From positions 32,001 to 96,000 of the forward strand of contig CAVRCJ010000007.1 in NCBI GenBank assembly GCA_963719515.1: DNA of 64,000 nt. Direction: 5' to 3'. The notes under the pieces are model-generated. The model was not told the DNA's origin and did not search any database. It saw only the letters and a program-made list of their open reading frames with translations. Below, one piece after another: positions 11,120 through 21,754 of the stretch; positions within the stretch are counted from its first letter, which is position 1; each line of letters starts with the position of its first letter. Source of the DNA: an uncultured cyanobacterium (GTDB lineage: Bacteria; Cyanobacteriota; Cyanobacteriia; CAKZMO01). A program made the translations under genes and the position numbers.

Positions 11120-11370
11120 GAGGCTGTGGAAAAGCTCTAAAAGACTGTGGAAAACTGGGGGGAAATATTGTTGAAAACAGGGGCCTTCAATGAGGAAAAC
11201 TCAGTAGTACAGGTAAACTGTGGGAATCTCGCCGTTTTCCCCACAGGTTTTCCACAGGACTTGTTCAGACGGAAAATCCTTGTATGCCGTTAGTTCACAG
11301 ATTTTCCACAGTTTCCACAGGTCCTACTACTGATCCGGTTTAAAAACTTTCTTTTAAAGAAGTAGAACTC
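11120..11370. other. oriC: Probable replication origin oriC (DnaA-box cluster plus AT-rich segment) upstream of dnaN
   Basis: TGTGGAAAA at 11125 and 11146, TTTTCCACA at 11248 and 11302, near-matches at 11169, 11191, 11237 and 11311, then an AT-rich tract at about 11339-11370. TTTTCCACA is the cyanobacterial DnaA box. Confidence 0.82.
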
Positions 11371-11536
11371 TTTAGACGCGAGCAATTCAATAATTGAACC
11401 CGCAAGACAGGAGTGCTAGAATCTCGTTCTCAGGATGCTTAACTTTTTGATACCGAGCACTTGCGCCGAGCGCTTGCACAGCAGGCTCTCGGCTTACACC
11501 GCGCTTCTCAGCCCCAAATTCAGTTGCTGGTACCCC

Positions 11537-12670
11537 ATGAAACTCATCTGCTCCCAAAACGAACTCAACACACAGCTGTCTTTGGTTAACCGAGTGGTAC
11601 CTTCTCGGCCTAGCCATCCCGTTTTGGCAAATGTGCTGTTTCAGGCGGACGCTGAGCGACAGCAAGTCAAGATGACCGGTTTCGATTTGAGCATTGGCGT
11701 GCAAACCAGCTTTGGAGCTCAAATCGAGTCAGGGGGGACCATCACGCTGCCCGCCAAGCTGCTGAGCGATATTGTCTCCCGACTTCCCGATGGAGACATC
11801 ACGCTAGATGACGATGAGGGAGAAGAGCTGATTACAATCACGGCGGCATCGGGGCGATACCAGGTTCGGGGGTTAAGCGCTGCTGACTACCCAGAGTTGC
11901 CCACCGTCAGTGAGGGTGATGTGGCGACGCTGCCGGTCGATACGCTGACGGAAGGGCTGCAGGGGGCCCTGTTTGCCTCTAGCTCCGACGAAGCAAAGCA
12001 GGTGCTTACTGGCGTTCACCTGACCTCTGCAGCTGATGGCCTCGAATTTGCCGCCACGGACGGACACCGGCTTGCCGTCGTAAAAACCGTTGAAGGAAAC
12101 GCGCCGGAAAGTGCGGCTGAGTTTGATGTGACTGTGCCGGGCAAAGCGCTACGAGAATTGGAGCGGATGCTGCAGTCGAATCCAGCGACTGAGGCGATCG
12201 CGCTTCAATTCGACCAAGGACAGCTGGTCGTCGAGTGGGAGGGCAAGCGTCTTACGAGCCGCCTACTAGAAGGGCAGTATCCCAACTACCGGCAGCTGAT
12301 TCCAAAACAGTTTGGCAGACAGATGACGGTGGAGCGCCGGCTGCTAGTGGCGGCGCTAGAGCGAATCTCGGTGCTGGCGGATCAAAAAAACGGTATTGTG
12401 AAGCTAGAGGTGAGCAACGCCGATCGCGAAGTGATTTTGACGGTAGACGCGCCAGATGTGGGCAGCGGCAAAGAAGCCGTGCCGGCTCAAGTTACCGGGG
12501 AAGATTTAGAAATTGCGTTTAACGTGCGCTATCTACTGGAGGGGCTGAAAGCCATCAGCTCGGCGGAGGTGCAGATGCAGTTTAACAACCCCACTAGTCC
12601 GGCTATTGTGACACCCTTGGGCGGTATCAAGATGACCTACCTCGTGATGCCGGTGCAAATTAGGTCATAG
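11537..12670 (+). CDS. dnaN: DNA polymerase III beta sliding clamp
   Basis: MKLICSQNEL...HPVLANVL...ATDGHRL...EGQYPNYRQLIP...YLVMPVQIR; true ATG at 11537. Confidence 0.97.
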   Translation: MKLICSQNELNTQLSLVNRVVPSRPSHPVLANVLFQADAERQQVKMTGFDLSIGVQTSFGAQIESGGTITLPAKLLSDIVSRLPDGDITLDDDEGEELITITAASGRYQVRGLSAADYPELPTVSEGDVATLPVDTLTEGLQGALFASSSDEAKQVLTGVHLTSAADGLEFAATDGHRLAVVKTVEGNAPESAAEFDVTVPGKALRELERMLQSNPATEAIALQFDQGQLVVEWEGKRLTSRLLEGQYPNYRQLIPKQFGRQMTVERRLLVAALERISVLADQKNGIVKLEVSNADREVILTVDAPDVGSGKEAVPAQVTGEDLEIAFNVRYLLEGLKAISSAEVQMQFNNPTSPAIVTPLGGIKMTYLVMPVQIRS

Positions 12671-12756
12671 CCCCCTTGGATAGTAAATCTTGGATAGTTA
12701 AAGTAGCGCCTCGGTTAGGCAGAAAACTTCACCGCTCAAAACGATTTTAACTTTTA

Positions 12757-13174
12757 GGCGGGAAGTCCCGCGCTTTAATCTTTGATTAAGCGTCGGGATG
12801 AGAGCCGCGTGAGCCGGAGGTGAACAGTACTTGTGCATGCTAGAATGTATACATATCAATTGTTTAGCAAGGTTTTCCACCCCTCCAAGGTGTTCGTCGA
12901 GAAAAGTATCACCCATAGAAAACGTAACGGTGACGCGACACAGTTTTTGGAAGAAAGGAAGCTCAAAAAAGCAATCTGTCTGGGGTTGGTCATTGCCCGG
13001 ACGTAAAACAAATTTCCTATGGATGGGATCTAATCGGGGCCAGTACAGCTTGCTGTATGGCTAGACAGGACCAGATGAAGTAGGAAACCTTCTTGTGCGG
13101 TACCCATTCGTTTGCGGTGCGTGAGCCAAGAAGCCCGTGCTGTATGCGCAGCATCAGCGTCGGGAGTATGTCAC
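12757..13174 (+). mobile_element. Non-autonomous IS200/IS605-type element (both subterminal hairpins, no tnpA/tnpB)
   Basis: Left end GAAGTCCCGCGCTT-TAATCTTTGATT-AAGCGTCGGGA follows TTTA; right end GAAGCCCGTGCTG-TATGCGCAGCAT-CAGCGTCGGGAG...TCAC. The two ends are related imperfect palindromes in direct orientation, with no TIR or TSD. Confidence 0.7.
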
Positions 13175-13348
13175 TGAGCTCTGGCTTTGGTAACTTTTGT
13201 TGCTGATTGTGAGAACGCGATCGCGGCTAATTATCGCCACAGTGCGTTTTTGTGAGAAAAGGTCGATTCCCCTGTTTCAACAAAGGTAGATTAGGCGTTA
13301 TCGTATTGCTTGACTGCATCTGTTGGAACCGGTTGTGAGCCTTTTGCT

Positions 13349-14374
13349 ATGCCTGAGCTGTTGACCCGAATTCTGCTACTCGCCATTTTCGTTTGGCTCT
13401 TTTGGTATATCGTTCGAGAGCTAATCCCCGGCAACTATTTGACCATTTTGGGAGGCATAGCGCTGGTTGCCTTAGCAGTTGTTGCTTTTCAAGATCCCAA
13501 CGATCGCCTGGTCGGGCCTATTTGGACGGTGCTTTCCTTTCCGTTCAAGCCTTTAGGGCTATCGATCTTGCTGCTGACGATCGCCCTGCGTAAAGGCCTC
13601 AAAGCAATGGATTCAAATCTTGTTGCTTGGGCCTTAGCGGTTTTATGGATTTTCAGCACGCCCCTAGTCGCCTATTGGCTGGTGGGGCGTACCCAGGAAA
13701 CCGCTGAGCAGCTCGCTGCCCTCAACGATCAGGGCCGAGCGGCGGATGTCATTGTAGTGCTGGGAGATGGCCTCAACCCCGCTGACCCGGCCTATCGCGG
13801 GGGCACTCAGCTCAATAACCCAGACAACGGGTTTGGCAATAGCTTTGTTAGCCGTTTGCAGTATGCCGGACAGCTCTATCAAGAGCAGCAGTTTCTGGGC
13901 GGGGCTCCGCCGCTAGTCATTGTCAGCCCAGGGCCTCAAGTCATTGAAGATACCGATGAGGTGGAAGATAGCGTCTTACGTATTCTGGGCGCCTTTGGGG
14001 TGCCCTCAGACCAGGTCGTGGTAGAAGAATTCGGAGTCGACATGCGCACCAGCGCTGATGGCGTGGCCTTTATTCTCGAAGGCCGAGACTATTCAGAGAC
14101 GGGGTATACCCTGCTGCTGGTTGCGCCTGCGAATAAGGTCCGCCGGGGGCGCTCCACCTTTGCCGATGCCCTAGGCATTCTCAACGATAATGTTGTGCCT
14201 GCCCCCACCGATTTCTATGGGTTTCAGACCGCCAACAGCGATCTGATCATGCGGCTAGGCGACCTGCTCCCGACGGCTGAGGCCCTAAATTTATCGAGCG
14301 ACGTCGTTGAGGAGTATCTTGCTATGATCTACTACTTCTTAAGAGGGTGGCTGTACGACCCAATCGACGCATAG
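13349..14374 (+). CDS. YdcF/ElyC-like (DUF218) membrane protein
   Basis: N-terminal TM helices, then DVIVVLG...SRLQYAGQLY...IVS.G...LGAFGVP...PAPTDF...EYLAMIYYFLRGW. Confidence 0.75.
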   Translation: MPELLTRILLLAIFVWLFWYIVRELIPGNYLTILGGIALVALAVVAFQDPNDRLVGPIWTVLSFPFKPLGLSILLLTIALRKGLKAMDSNLVAWALAVLWIFSTPLVAYWLVGRTQETAEQLAALNDQGRAADVIVVLGDGLNPADPAYRGGTQLNNPDNGFGNSFVSRLQYAGQLYQEQQFLGGAPPLVIVSPGPQVIEDTDEVEDSVLRILGAFGVPSDQVVVEEFGVDMRTSADGVAFILEGRDYSETGYTLLLVAPANKVRRGRSTFADALGILNDNVVPAPTDFYGFQTANSDLIMRLGDLLPTAEALNLSSDVVEEYLAMIYYFLRGWLYDPIDA

Positions 14375-14499
14375 GCCCAATCGACGCATAGGGTATCTCG
14401 CCTCAAGGCAGGAGGCATCTCATCAAGAGGCAGTAGCATGGATGGGTACGTGCTGTATTGTGCGCTACGATTCGATCTCCCCTTTGCCTGTTGCCAACG

Positions 14500-16248
14500 A
14501 TGACTCAATCTACCCCCGCCACCCTCCGCTCTTACGTTCGCCCTTATTGGCATAAAACAGCGTTAGGCATCGCTGCACTGCTAGTGGTCAACGGCATCGG
14601 AGCCTACATTCCTCAGCTGATCCGCAGCGGCATCGACCGCTTAGAGGTTGCTTTTGACTTTGACCAGATTTTGCAGGCTGCCGTCACGGCGATTCTCCTG
14701 GCTTCCGTGATGTGGGTCATGCGCATGGTGTCGCGCATTTTGATTTTTGGGGTGGGGCGTCAGGTTGAGTTTGATCTCAAGCAGCGGATTTTTCAGCATT
14801 TGCTCAAGTTGGAGCCTGCGTACTTTGAGCAAGTGAAGCCAGGGGAAATTATCAGCCGCGCCACCAGTGACGTCGACAATATTCGTCGCCTGGTCGGGTT
14901 TGCGGTGCTGAGCCTGGCCAACACCCTGTTTGCCTATGTGATTACGCTTCCCTTCATGCTCGCCATCAACGTCCGGCTGACCCTGGCCTCGCTGGTGGTC
15001 TATCCCATCATGCTGTTTATGGTGAGTCTATTTAGCGAGCGCCTGCGGGATGAGCAGCAGGTGGTGCAGGAGAAAAATGCCAATATCAGCGACCTCATTC
15101 AGGAAGACATGAGCGGTATGGCGCTGATCAAAATCTATAGCCAGGAGGACAACGAGCGGCAGGCTTTCCGTCAGCTTAACCATCAGCTCCTCACCGCTAA
15201 CCTCCAGTTAGGCCGCACCCGCAATACCCTGTTTCCGCTCTTGAGCGGCTTGGCCAGCGTCAGCTTACTGGTGATTTTGGCCTTAGGGGCCGGGGCGATC
15301 GCCGATGGCTCCTTAAGCGTCGGCGATTTTGTGGCCCTGCTGCTCTACGTGGAACGGCTAGTGTTTCCGACGGCGCTGCTGGGCTTCACCATCACGGCCT
15401 ACCAGCGCGGCGAGGTCAGTATTAACCGGGTGGAAGGCATTCTGTCGGTAAAGCCGAGCATCTACAGTGGGTCCCAGGCTGAGCCCCTGCCTCAAGCTGA
15501 GGTGAAGGGCCATATTGAAGCCCAGCAGCTCAGCTATAGCTACCCTGGCGCAGCGCAACCGGCCCTGGAGGACGTGACTTTCGCGATCGCCCCCGGAGAA
15601 ACCGTGGCTGTGGTGGGGCCAATCGGCTCTGGTAAGTCGACCTTGGCCAATGCGGTTCCCTACCTGTTGGACCTGCCGCCAGGACAGCTGTTTGTCGACG
15701 GTCACGATATTACGACCCTACTGCTGCCCGATCTGCGAGAGGCGATCGCCTACGTGCCTCAAGACAGCTTCTTGTTTAGCACTAGCATCCGCAATAATAT
15801 TCGCTATGGCGCTCCCCTAGCCGAGCAGCCTGCGGTAGAGCAGGCCGCCAAGCAGGCGCAGATTCACGGCGAGATTCTTAACTTTCCGAAGCAGTACGAT
15901 ACTTTGGTGGGGGAGCGAGGGATCACCTTGTCGGGAGGCCAGCGCCAGCGGACTGCCCTGGCCCGAGCGCTGCTGGTAGACGCCCCCATTTTGATTTTGG
16001 ATGACGCGCTCTCCAGCGTTGATAGCCGTACGGCAAGCGCTATTCTGGAAAACCTGTCGGGGGGAACGGCCCAAAAGACGGTGATCTTCATTTCCCATCA
16101 AATGGCGGCGGCGGCCACCGCCGATCGGATTTTTGTGATGGATAAGGGTAGGATTGTGCAATCAGGCACCCATAGTCTTTTGCTTCGGCAGGCCGGACTT
16201 TACCGTCAGCTTTGGGAGCAGCATCAGCTAGAAGAAGTCCTTCGCTAG
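14500..16248 (+). CDS. ABC exporter, fused permease/ATPase (MsbA/MdlA-like)
   Basis: TM domain plus Walker A GPIGSGKST, signature LSGGQRQR and Walker B ILILDD. Confidence 0.93.
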   Translation: MTQSTPATLRSYVRPYWHKTALGIAALLVVNGIGAYIPQLIRSGIDRLEVAFDFDQILQAAVTAILLASVMWVMRMVSRILIFGVGRQVEFDLKQRIFQHLLKLEPAYFEQVKPGEIISRATSDVDNIRRLVGFAVLSLANTLFAYVITLPFMLAINVRLTLASLVVYPIMLFMVSLFSERLRDEQQVVQEKNANISDLIQEDMSGMALIKIYSQEDNERQAFRQLNHQLLTANLQLGRTRNTLFPLLSGLASVSLLVILALGAGAIADGSLSVGDFVALLLYVERLVFPTALLGFTITAYQRGEVSINRVEGILSVKPSIYSGSQAEPLPQAEVKGHIEAQQLSYSYPGAAQPALEDVTFAIAPGETVAVVGPIGSGKSTLANAVPYLLDLPPGQLFVDGHDITTLLLPDLREAIAYVPQDSFLFSTSIRNNIRYGAPLAEQPAVEQAAKQAQIHGEILNFPKQYDTLVGERGITLSGGQRQRTALARALLVDAPILILDDALSSVDSRTASAILENLSGGTAQKTVIFISHQMAAAATADRIFVMDKGRIVQSGTHSLLLRQAGLYRQLWEQHQLEEVLR

Positions 16249-16276
16249 GGCCCAATCAGAGTTATCCGCTAGGTTA

Positions 16277-17752
16277 ATGCCAAATATTATTACCCGCTCT
16301 AAACCGAACCTGGAGTTTATTCCCCCTCGGTACGCTGCTGCTGTGAGGTGGGCTGGCGCCCACGTGATCCCGTTTTGGCTGCGGCATCAGCTGCGGGTGA
16401 CCGAAGTCGAGCTAGTTGGCAGTAAAGAGCTTGCTGAGCTGTATCAGTTCTTTGAGTCCGGAAAGGTAAAATTTTTGCTGGCGTTTCGCCATCCCACAAC
16501 GGATGACCCGCTCTGCATTGCCCATGCCCTCTGGAATAAGCTGCCTCAGGCGGTCCCTGAAGCTCGCGCCCTCGGCAAAGCGACCCACGCCCACTTTGTC
16601 TACGAGCGCGGTATTCCCCTCTGGGCCGGACGGTGGACGGGGTGGCTCTTCTCTCGCTTAGGTGGGACACCCATCCGCCGTGGGGTTCTCGATACCCAAG
16701 GGCTGCGCTCTATTCGCGACCTGCTGGCTTCGGGAGAGTTCCCGGTGGCGATCGCTCCCGAGGGGGCGACTAATGGCCATAACGAGCTTGTGAGCCCTAT
16801 CGAGCCCGGTATTGCCCAGTTTGGGTTTTGGTGCCTAGATGACCTGCACAAGGCTGGGCGAGGGGAGGACGTCTTGATCGTGCCCTTAGGTGTGCAGTAC
16901 CACTTTGTGAACCCGCCCTGGGGAGCGCTGGTAGACCGTCTAGCCCAGCTTGAAGCTGACACCGGCCTCGAGCCACCAGATGAGTCGCTGATGCTGCAGG
17001 ACGGACAGCCGCCCTCCCCTGAGGAGGACGAGCTGCTCTACCGGCGGCTGCTGCGTCTTGGGGAGCATTTGCTCTCTCAGGTCGAGACGTTCTACCAGAC
17101 CTATTACGGCTACCAAGCGACCTCAGAGGCCTTCGATACTCAAAGGCCTGACGCACGTGATGTAAGGTCTACCGCCGCTGGTTCCCCTACAACGGGTTCC
17201 CCCACAGCTGGTCCTGCCGCAGCGGTTCCTGCCGCAAACCGCGACTTCGCCACCCGCCTCAGAAACCTACTCAACGTGGCGCTATCGGTGGCAGAGGAAA
17301 CCTTTGACATTAAGGCTAAGGGCAGTTTGAGCGATCGCTGTCGGCGGGTGGAGCAAATGGGATGGGACCGCATCTACCGGGATGACTCTGCCCCAGAAAT
17401 TTCTCCTCTGAAGCGCGGGCTTAACGAGCTGGTGGCGGAGGAGGCAGACCTGCGCATTTGGCACATGCGGCTGGTGGAGAGTTTGGTGAGCGTCACGGGA
17501 AAATACGTGGCCGAGGCGCGAACCATTGACCGCTACGCTGATACCACCTTGTTAATGTGGAAAATCGTCAACCAGATCTGCGGCAAGCGGTCGGCCCGTC
17601 GCCAGTACTTAGGCGATCGCACGGTGCAGGTGACCGTGGGTGAGCCCATATCGGTGGGCGATCGCCGGTCTGAGTACAAAGAAAATCGACGACAGGCTGT
17701 AGCGGACCTCACCCAAAAGCTACAGACGGCAATGGAATCCTTGGTTGTTTAA
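16277..17752 (+). CDS. Phospholipid/glycerol acyltransferase family protein
   Basis: HxxxxD motif (RHPTTDD), GGTPIRRG, APEG. Confidence 0.8.
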   Translation: MPNIITRSKPNLEFIPPRYAAAVRWAGAHVIPFWLRHQLRVTEVELVGSKELAELYQFFESGKVKFLLAFRHPTTDDPLCIAHALWNKLPQAVPEARALGKATHAHFVYERGIPLWAGRWTGWLFSRLGGTPIRRGVLDTQGLRSIRDLLASGEFPVAIAPEGATNGHNELVSPIEPGIAQFGFWCLDDLHKAGRGEDVLIVPLGVQYHFVNPPWGALVDRLAQLEADTGLEPPDESLMLQDGQPPSPEEDELLYRRLLRLGEHLLSQVETFYQTYYGYQATSEAFDTQRPDARDVRSTAAGSPTTGSPTAGPAAAVPAANRDFATRLRNLLNVALSVAEETFDIKAKGSLSDRCRRVEQMGWDRIYRDDSAPEISPLKRGLNELVAEEADLRIWHMRLVESLVSVTGKYVAEARTIDRYADTTLLMWKIVNQICGKRSARRQYLGDRTVQVTVGEPISVGDRRSEYKENRRQAVADLTQKLQTAMESLVV

Positions 17753-17862
17753 CGCGCCCGTTCAAAGGGCCACACAGCCAATCCCCACGTTATCCTCAGG
17801 TCCGCTTCAGCTTTAGATGGCGTAATAGGCACAAGACCAGGTTGTCGCAGTAGAGCCGTCCT

Positions 17863-18738
17863 ATGCTTCTTCCCTCATTTCTCCTCAGTCGTTCCAGCCG
17901 CTTGATTCAGCTTTCAGTCCTGCTAATTCCCTTGGCGCTGCTCGGGTGCTCAGCCCTTCCTGGGCAGCAGTCTCGTTCTACGGTTAGCCTATCGGGTACT
18001 ACCGAACCCTATCAGCTTGACCAGTACCAACAGGTGCTCAGTCGCTACGTCGGCGAGCAGGGGCTGGTCGACTACGACGGGCTGCAGGCCGACCGAGAGA
18101 CGCTAGACCAGGTGGTGGCCTCTTTTGGCGCGGTGACTCCTGAAGCCTACGGCTCCTGGAGCGAAGACGAGCAGATTGCCTTTTTGATCAACGCCTACAA
18201 CGTTTTCACGCTGCAGTCCATTATTGACCAAGAACCGCTGAAATCGAGCATTCGCGATATTCCTGGCGTTTGGCGATTGCGCCAGTTTGCCATCGCTGGG
18301 GATACTAAGACCCTCGACAATATTGAGCACGACACGCTGCGAAAGAACTTCAACGAACCCCGCATCCACTCTGCCCTTGTGTGTGCGGCCATCAGCTGCC
18401 CTCCTCTGAGGTCTGAGCCCTATCGCGGTGACCAGCTTGACGCTCAGCTCGATGAGCAGGTGAACCAGTGGCTCGCTGGCGACCACGGCCTTATGGTGGA
18501 TCAGCAGAGCGATCGCGTTGCCATCTCGTCAATTTTTGAGTGGTTTGGAGAAGACTGGGTGCCCACGTACGGCAGCAGCTCAGCCCAGAACGAGCAGCTC
18601 CCCGGCAGCGATCAGGAAAAGGCGGTGCTGAACTTCATCAGCAACTACGTTAGCCCTGAGCTAAAGACCTACCTTGAGTCGGGCGGCTACGAGCTGACTT
18701 ACCTTGATTACGACTGGTCCCTAAATCGGCAAGGCTGA
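17863..18738 (+). CDS. DUF547 domain putative lipoprotein
   Basis: Lipobox LLGC; AFLINAYN, IEHDTLR, EPRIHSALVCAAISCPPL, YDWSLN. Confidence 0.85.
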   Translation: MLLPSFLLSRSSRLIQLSVLLIPLALLGCSALPGQQSRSTVSLSGTTEPYQLDQYQQVLSRYVGEQGLVDYDGLQADRETLDQVVASFGAVTPEAYGSWSEDEQIAFLINAYNVFTLQSIIDQEPLKSSIRDIPGVWRLRQFAIAGDTKTLDNIEHDTLRKNFNEPRIHSALVCAAISCPPLRSEPYRGDQLDAQLDEQVNQWLAGDHGLMVDQQSDRVAISSIFEWFGEDWVPTYGSSSAQNEQLPGSDQEKAVLNFISNYVSPELKTYLESGGYELTYLDYDWSLNRQG

Positions 18739-18899
18739 TCTGAGATTTTTTCAGATAATAGCTTCCGATGTAGCGGCTATACGTCAGAGGACATATTTTC
18801 GCAGGTTCAACTTCTTCCGGCAAGTCGATGCGGGTCTTAACAAAAATTTGCTTTCATGATGACTGAACTATGTCAAATCAGCAAAGTAGAAGAGTAATT

Positions 18900-19430
18900 A
18901 TGCGACCCATCAATATTGGCTTAACGGATGAGCAGCGGAAAGGCGTCATCGATATGCTGAACCAGGACTTGGCCGATCAGTATCTCTTGAACATCAAAAC
19001 GAAGAAGTATCACTGGGATGTGGTTGGTCCTTCATTCCGCAGCCTGCATGAGCTGTGGCAAGAGCACTACGAAGCAATCACGCTGAACATTGACGCGACC
19101 GCAGAGCGGGTCCGCGCTCTGGGCGGCTACCCCGTCGGCACAGCAGAGGGGTTCCTAAAGCTAACCACCATTAAAGAGCACACGGGTGACCTGCCCAACT
19201 CCACTGAGATGGTCTCTCGCCTAGTGGAAAACCACGAGCAAATTATCCAGAACCTGCGGTCTCACGTGGATGACTGCGGAGAGAAGTACGGCGACGAAGG
19301 TACGGCCGACTTCTTGACGGGGCTCATGGAGCAGCACGAAGAGATGGCCTGGATGCTGCGCTCCTTCATCGAAGGTCAGGCGCTATCGCCGTCTGGTCAG
19401 CGTGAAGGCGACGCGTCTGTCGCGGTGTAG
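18900..19430 (+). CDS. dps: Dps family DNA-protection ferritin-like protein
   Basis: KKYHWDVVGPSFRSLHELW...D.TAERVRALGG...HEEMAWMLRS; alternative start at 18870. Confidence 0.92.
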   Translation: MRPINIGLTDEQRKGVIDMLNQDLADQYLLNIKTKKYHWDVVGPSFRSLHELWQEHYEAITLNIDATAERVRALGGYPVGTAEGFLKLTTIKEHTGDLPNSTEMVSRLVENHEQIIQNLRSHVDDCGEKYGDEGTADFLTGLMEQHEEMAWMLRSFIEGQALSPSGQREGDASVAV

Positions 19431-19479
19431 CCACACGATATAACCCCCTGTATCTACGTAAAAGAGAAGATTTTGCATC

Positions 19480-20250
19480 ATGGTAGCCGAAACCTATAAA
19501 GCTGAGAAAACTGTATCTGCAGTGTTCGAATCTCAGCAAAAAGTCAACGACGTGATTCAACGCTTGCTCGATCGCGGTGTGACGCAGGAGCATATTTCTG
19601 CCCTAGGCCGCAACTTTGAGACAGAGACCCGCATCACGGGATTCATCTCCAAAAAGGATGTGATTCTTGGCGGCCTTAGAACCGGCGCCATTTTCGGGTC
19701 TCTGTTTGGGTCTTTGCTCAGCCTATTGACCGGCGTTGGGGTCTTGTTCATCCCCTTTATAGGCTCAGTCGTGGCGGCGGGCCCGATTGGGGCGGTGCTT
19801 CTAGGGGCGGCGAGTGGCGCTTTAGCCGGTAGCGCGGGCGCGGGTATCGCCTCTGCCCTGGCCACCCTAGGCATGCCTCAGGAAAAAGCAGCCATCTACG
19901 AGACGCGCCTGAAAGCGGGCGAGTTTATTGTGATGGCTGAGGTGCCCGCCGACCGGACGGGAGAGTATCAGCTGCTGATGGAGAGCGCCGGTGGTGAAGA
20001 GATTCACACTCTAGAAACCGCGCTGCCTCGCGCCTGTCCGGGCCGGTGCAGCGGGCCTGAGAGCTTATCTCCTGAGGTGCGCTCGCATCTCTCCGAGGAA
20101 GCGCAGCCCCTGTTCATCGATCGCTACAACGAGGTGTTCGACGAAACTCAGGACGAGTCGAAAGCTGAGCATGAGGCTTGGTCCGTCGTCCGCGATCGCT
20201 TTGACGAAGATGAAAACGGCGTTTACTCGAAACCTAAGGTGAACGCCTAG
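19480..20250 (+). CDS. General-stress (YflT/17M-like) membrane protein fused to C-terminal ChaB domain
   Basis: Gly-rich TM hairpin ([14 protein letters not shown]), then [16 protein letters not shown]...AWSVV ChaB-like motif. Confidence 0.7.
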   Translation: MVAETYKAEKTVSAVFESQQKVNDVIQRLLDRGVTQEHISALGRNFETETRITGFISKKDVILGGLRTGAIFGSLFGSLLSLLTGVGVLFIPFIGSVVAAGPIGAVLLGAASGALAGSAGAGIASALATLGMPQEKAAIYETRLKAGEFIVMAEVPADRTGEYQLLMESAGGEEIHTLETALPRACPGRCSGPESLSPEVRSHLSEEAQPLFIDRYNEVFDETQDESKAEHEAWSVVRDRFDEDENGVYSKPKVNA

Positions 20251-20512
20251 CGACGGGTAGACGGCCAGGCCGCTAGACTGGGGCGTGCAGCGTACTGCGT
20301 GCCCCATTTTCATGCGATGGGGGACATATCCGCTCTGCCGATAGAGGCCTCGCGATATATAGCTTTAGCCCCATTGCTTGAGACAATATCGCGGGCTCAA
20401 ACCCTCACATGGCATAGACAATGTGGCGCGCAAATGTCCTAAGCCTTGGAACATTTCTATAACAGCAAAGACAAGCTTCAGCCTTTGCCCTTTGCCCTAA
20501 CCTTGAGCATTT

Positions 20513-21754
20513 ATGCCGCTGTTTAAAGGCCTGCGGGCCAAGTTCGATCTGCCGGTGCAGTTTTGGGTTGTCGCGCTGATTGCGTTTATCAACTCGGTCA
20601 GCTTCACCATCATTATCCCGATTCTCTATCCCTACGCTAAAGAATTTGGGCTGAGTGACTTTCAAGCGAGCTTGCTCACAACGGCATACGCTGTTTCGCA
20701 GTTTGTTGCCACACCGCTGCTGGGGCGGCTTTCCGATGTCATGGGCCGTAAGCCGCTGTTGGTGGTCAGCCTTGTGGGGACGGTCATCGCCAACTTGATC
20801 GCCAGCTGGGCCTCGTTTGCCTGGCTGCTGTTTAGCGCTCGCGTTCTGGACGGCGTCACCGGGGGCAATAACTCCATTGCCCGCGCTGTCATCAGCGACA
20901 CCACCTCCCCTGAAGATCGCCCCAGAGCCTTTGGCCTATTTGACGCGGCCTTTCGCATGGGGTTTGTTACTGGCCCTGCCATCAGCTTTTTTGCCCAGGG
21001 TTTGCCGACCATACCCGGCGTCTCGCCTTTGGGAATGAGCTTTTTTGCGGGCGCGGTGATGGCGGCAATCGCCACCGGCCTGACGATGCTGCTGCTTAAG
21101 GAGACGCTCCCTCAAGATGATTGCGCAGATTCTTTGAAGCTGAGCTGGAAAATGTTTGGCTTTGGGAAAATCATCAGCTCCATTCGCCGCCCTTGCCTGG
21201 GGCAGGTGTTTTTGCTCACCTTTTTGAGCGGCTTTACCTTCACCATTTTCACGTTTGCCTTCCAGCCCTTTTTCCTCAACGTGCTGGGACAGGATGCCCA
21301 AACCCTGGCAATTCTGTTTACCATGATTGGCGTTGTTGGCGTGCTGACGCAGATTTTTGCGGTGGAGCCGCTGACGAAGCGGTTTAACCTAGCGGATATC
21401 ATGTTTGTGGCGATCGCGGTGCGGGGGCTGCTCTTTTTGCTGATGCCGGCGTTCCCCACGGTAGCGGTGTTTGTGGGACTGCTGGCGCTCCTAGGAGTAG
21501 TGAACTCTTTTCCCATGCCGCTGATCAGCTCTATCTTGAGCAACAACAGCGGCGATCGCGAGCAGGGAGAGGTGATGGGCATCAATGCCTCCTACTTGAG
21601 CATCTCGAATGCGATCGGTCCGGCCACGGCAGGGCTGCTGGTGAGCTTTGGCTACGGGACGCCGTTTTGGGTGACGGGGGTGCTGACGCTGCTGACGGCG
21701 GGGTTTGCACTACACCTGAAGCGGGTAGCGGACTGCGACAAGAAGGTGGCTTAG
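20513..21754 (+). CDS. MFS transporter (TetA/DHA1-like)
   Basis: Multiple TM helices; motif A GRLSDVMGRKP; RVLDGVTGG. Confidence 0.9.
   Translation: MPLFKGLRAKFDLPVQFWVVALIAFINSVSFTIIIPILYPYAKEFGLSDFQASLLTTAYAVSQFVATPLLGRLSDVMGRKPLLVVSLVGTVIANLIASWASFAWLLFSARVLDGVTGGNNSIARAVISDTTSPEDRPRAFGLFDAAFRMGFVTGPAISFFAQGLPTIPGVSPLGMSFFAGAVMAAIATGLTMLLLKETLPQDDCADSLKLSWKMFGFGKIISSIRRPCLGQVFLLTFLSGFTFTIFTFAFQPFFLNVLGQDAQTLAILFTMIGVVGVLTQIFAVEPLTKRFNLADIMFVAIAVRGLLFLLMPAFPTVAVFVGLLALLGVVNSFPMPLISSILSNNSGDREQGEVMGINASYLSISNAIGPATAGLLVSFGYGTPFWVTGVLTLLTAGFALHLKRVADCDKKVA

Noticed and set aside
11387..11536. Extended dnaN start at 11435 and opposite-strand ORF
   Set aside because: Homology begins at MKLICSQ (11537); the upstream region is origin/promoter DNA.
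12698..13064. Small ORFs inside the IS200/IS605-like element
   Set aside because: No TnpA HUH or TnpB RuvC/zinc-finger motifs; likely spurious.
17165..17235. 15-bp degenerate repeats within the acyltransferase gene
   Set aside because: In-frame low-complexity linker (AGSPTTGSPTAGPAA); no sign of independent function.
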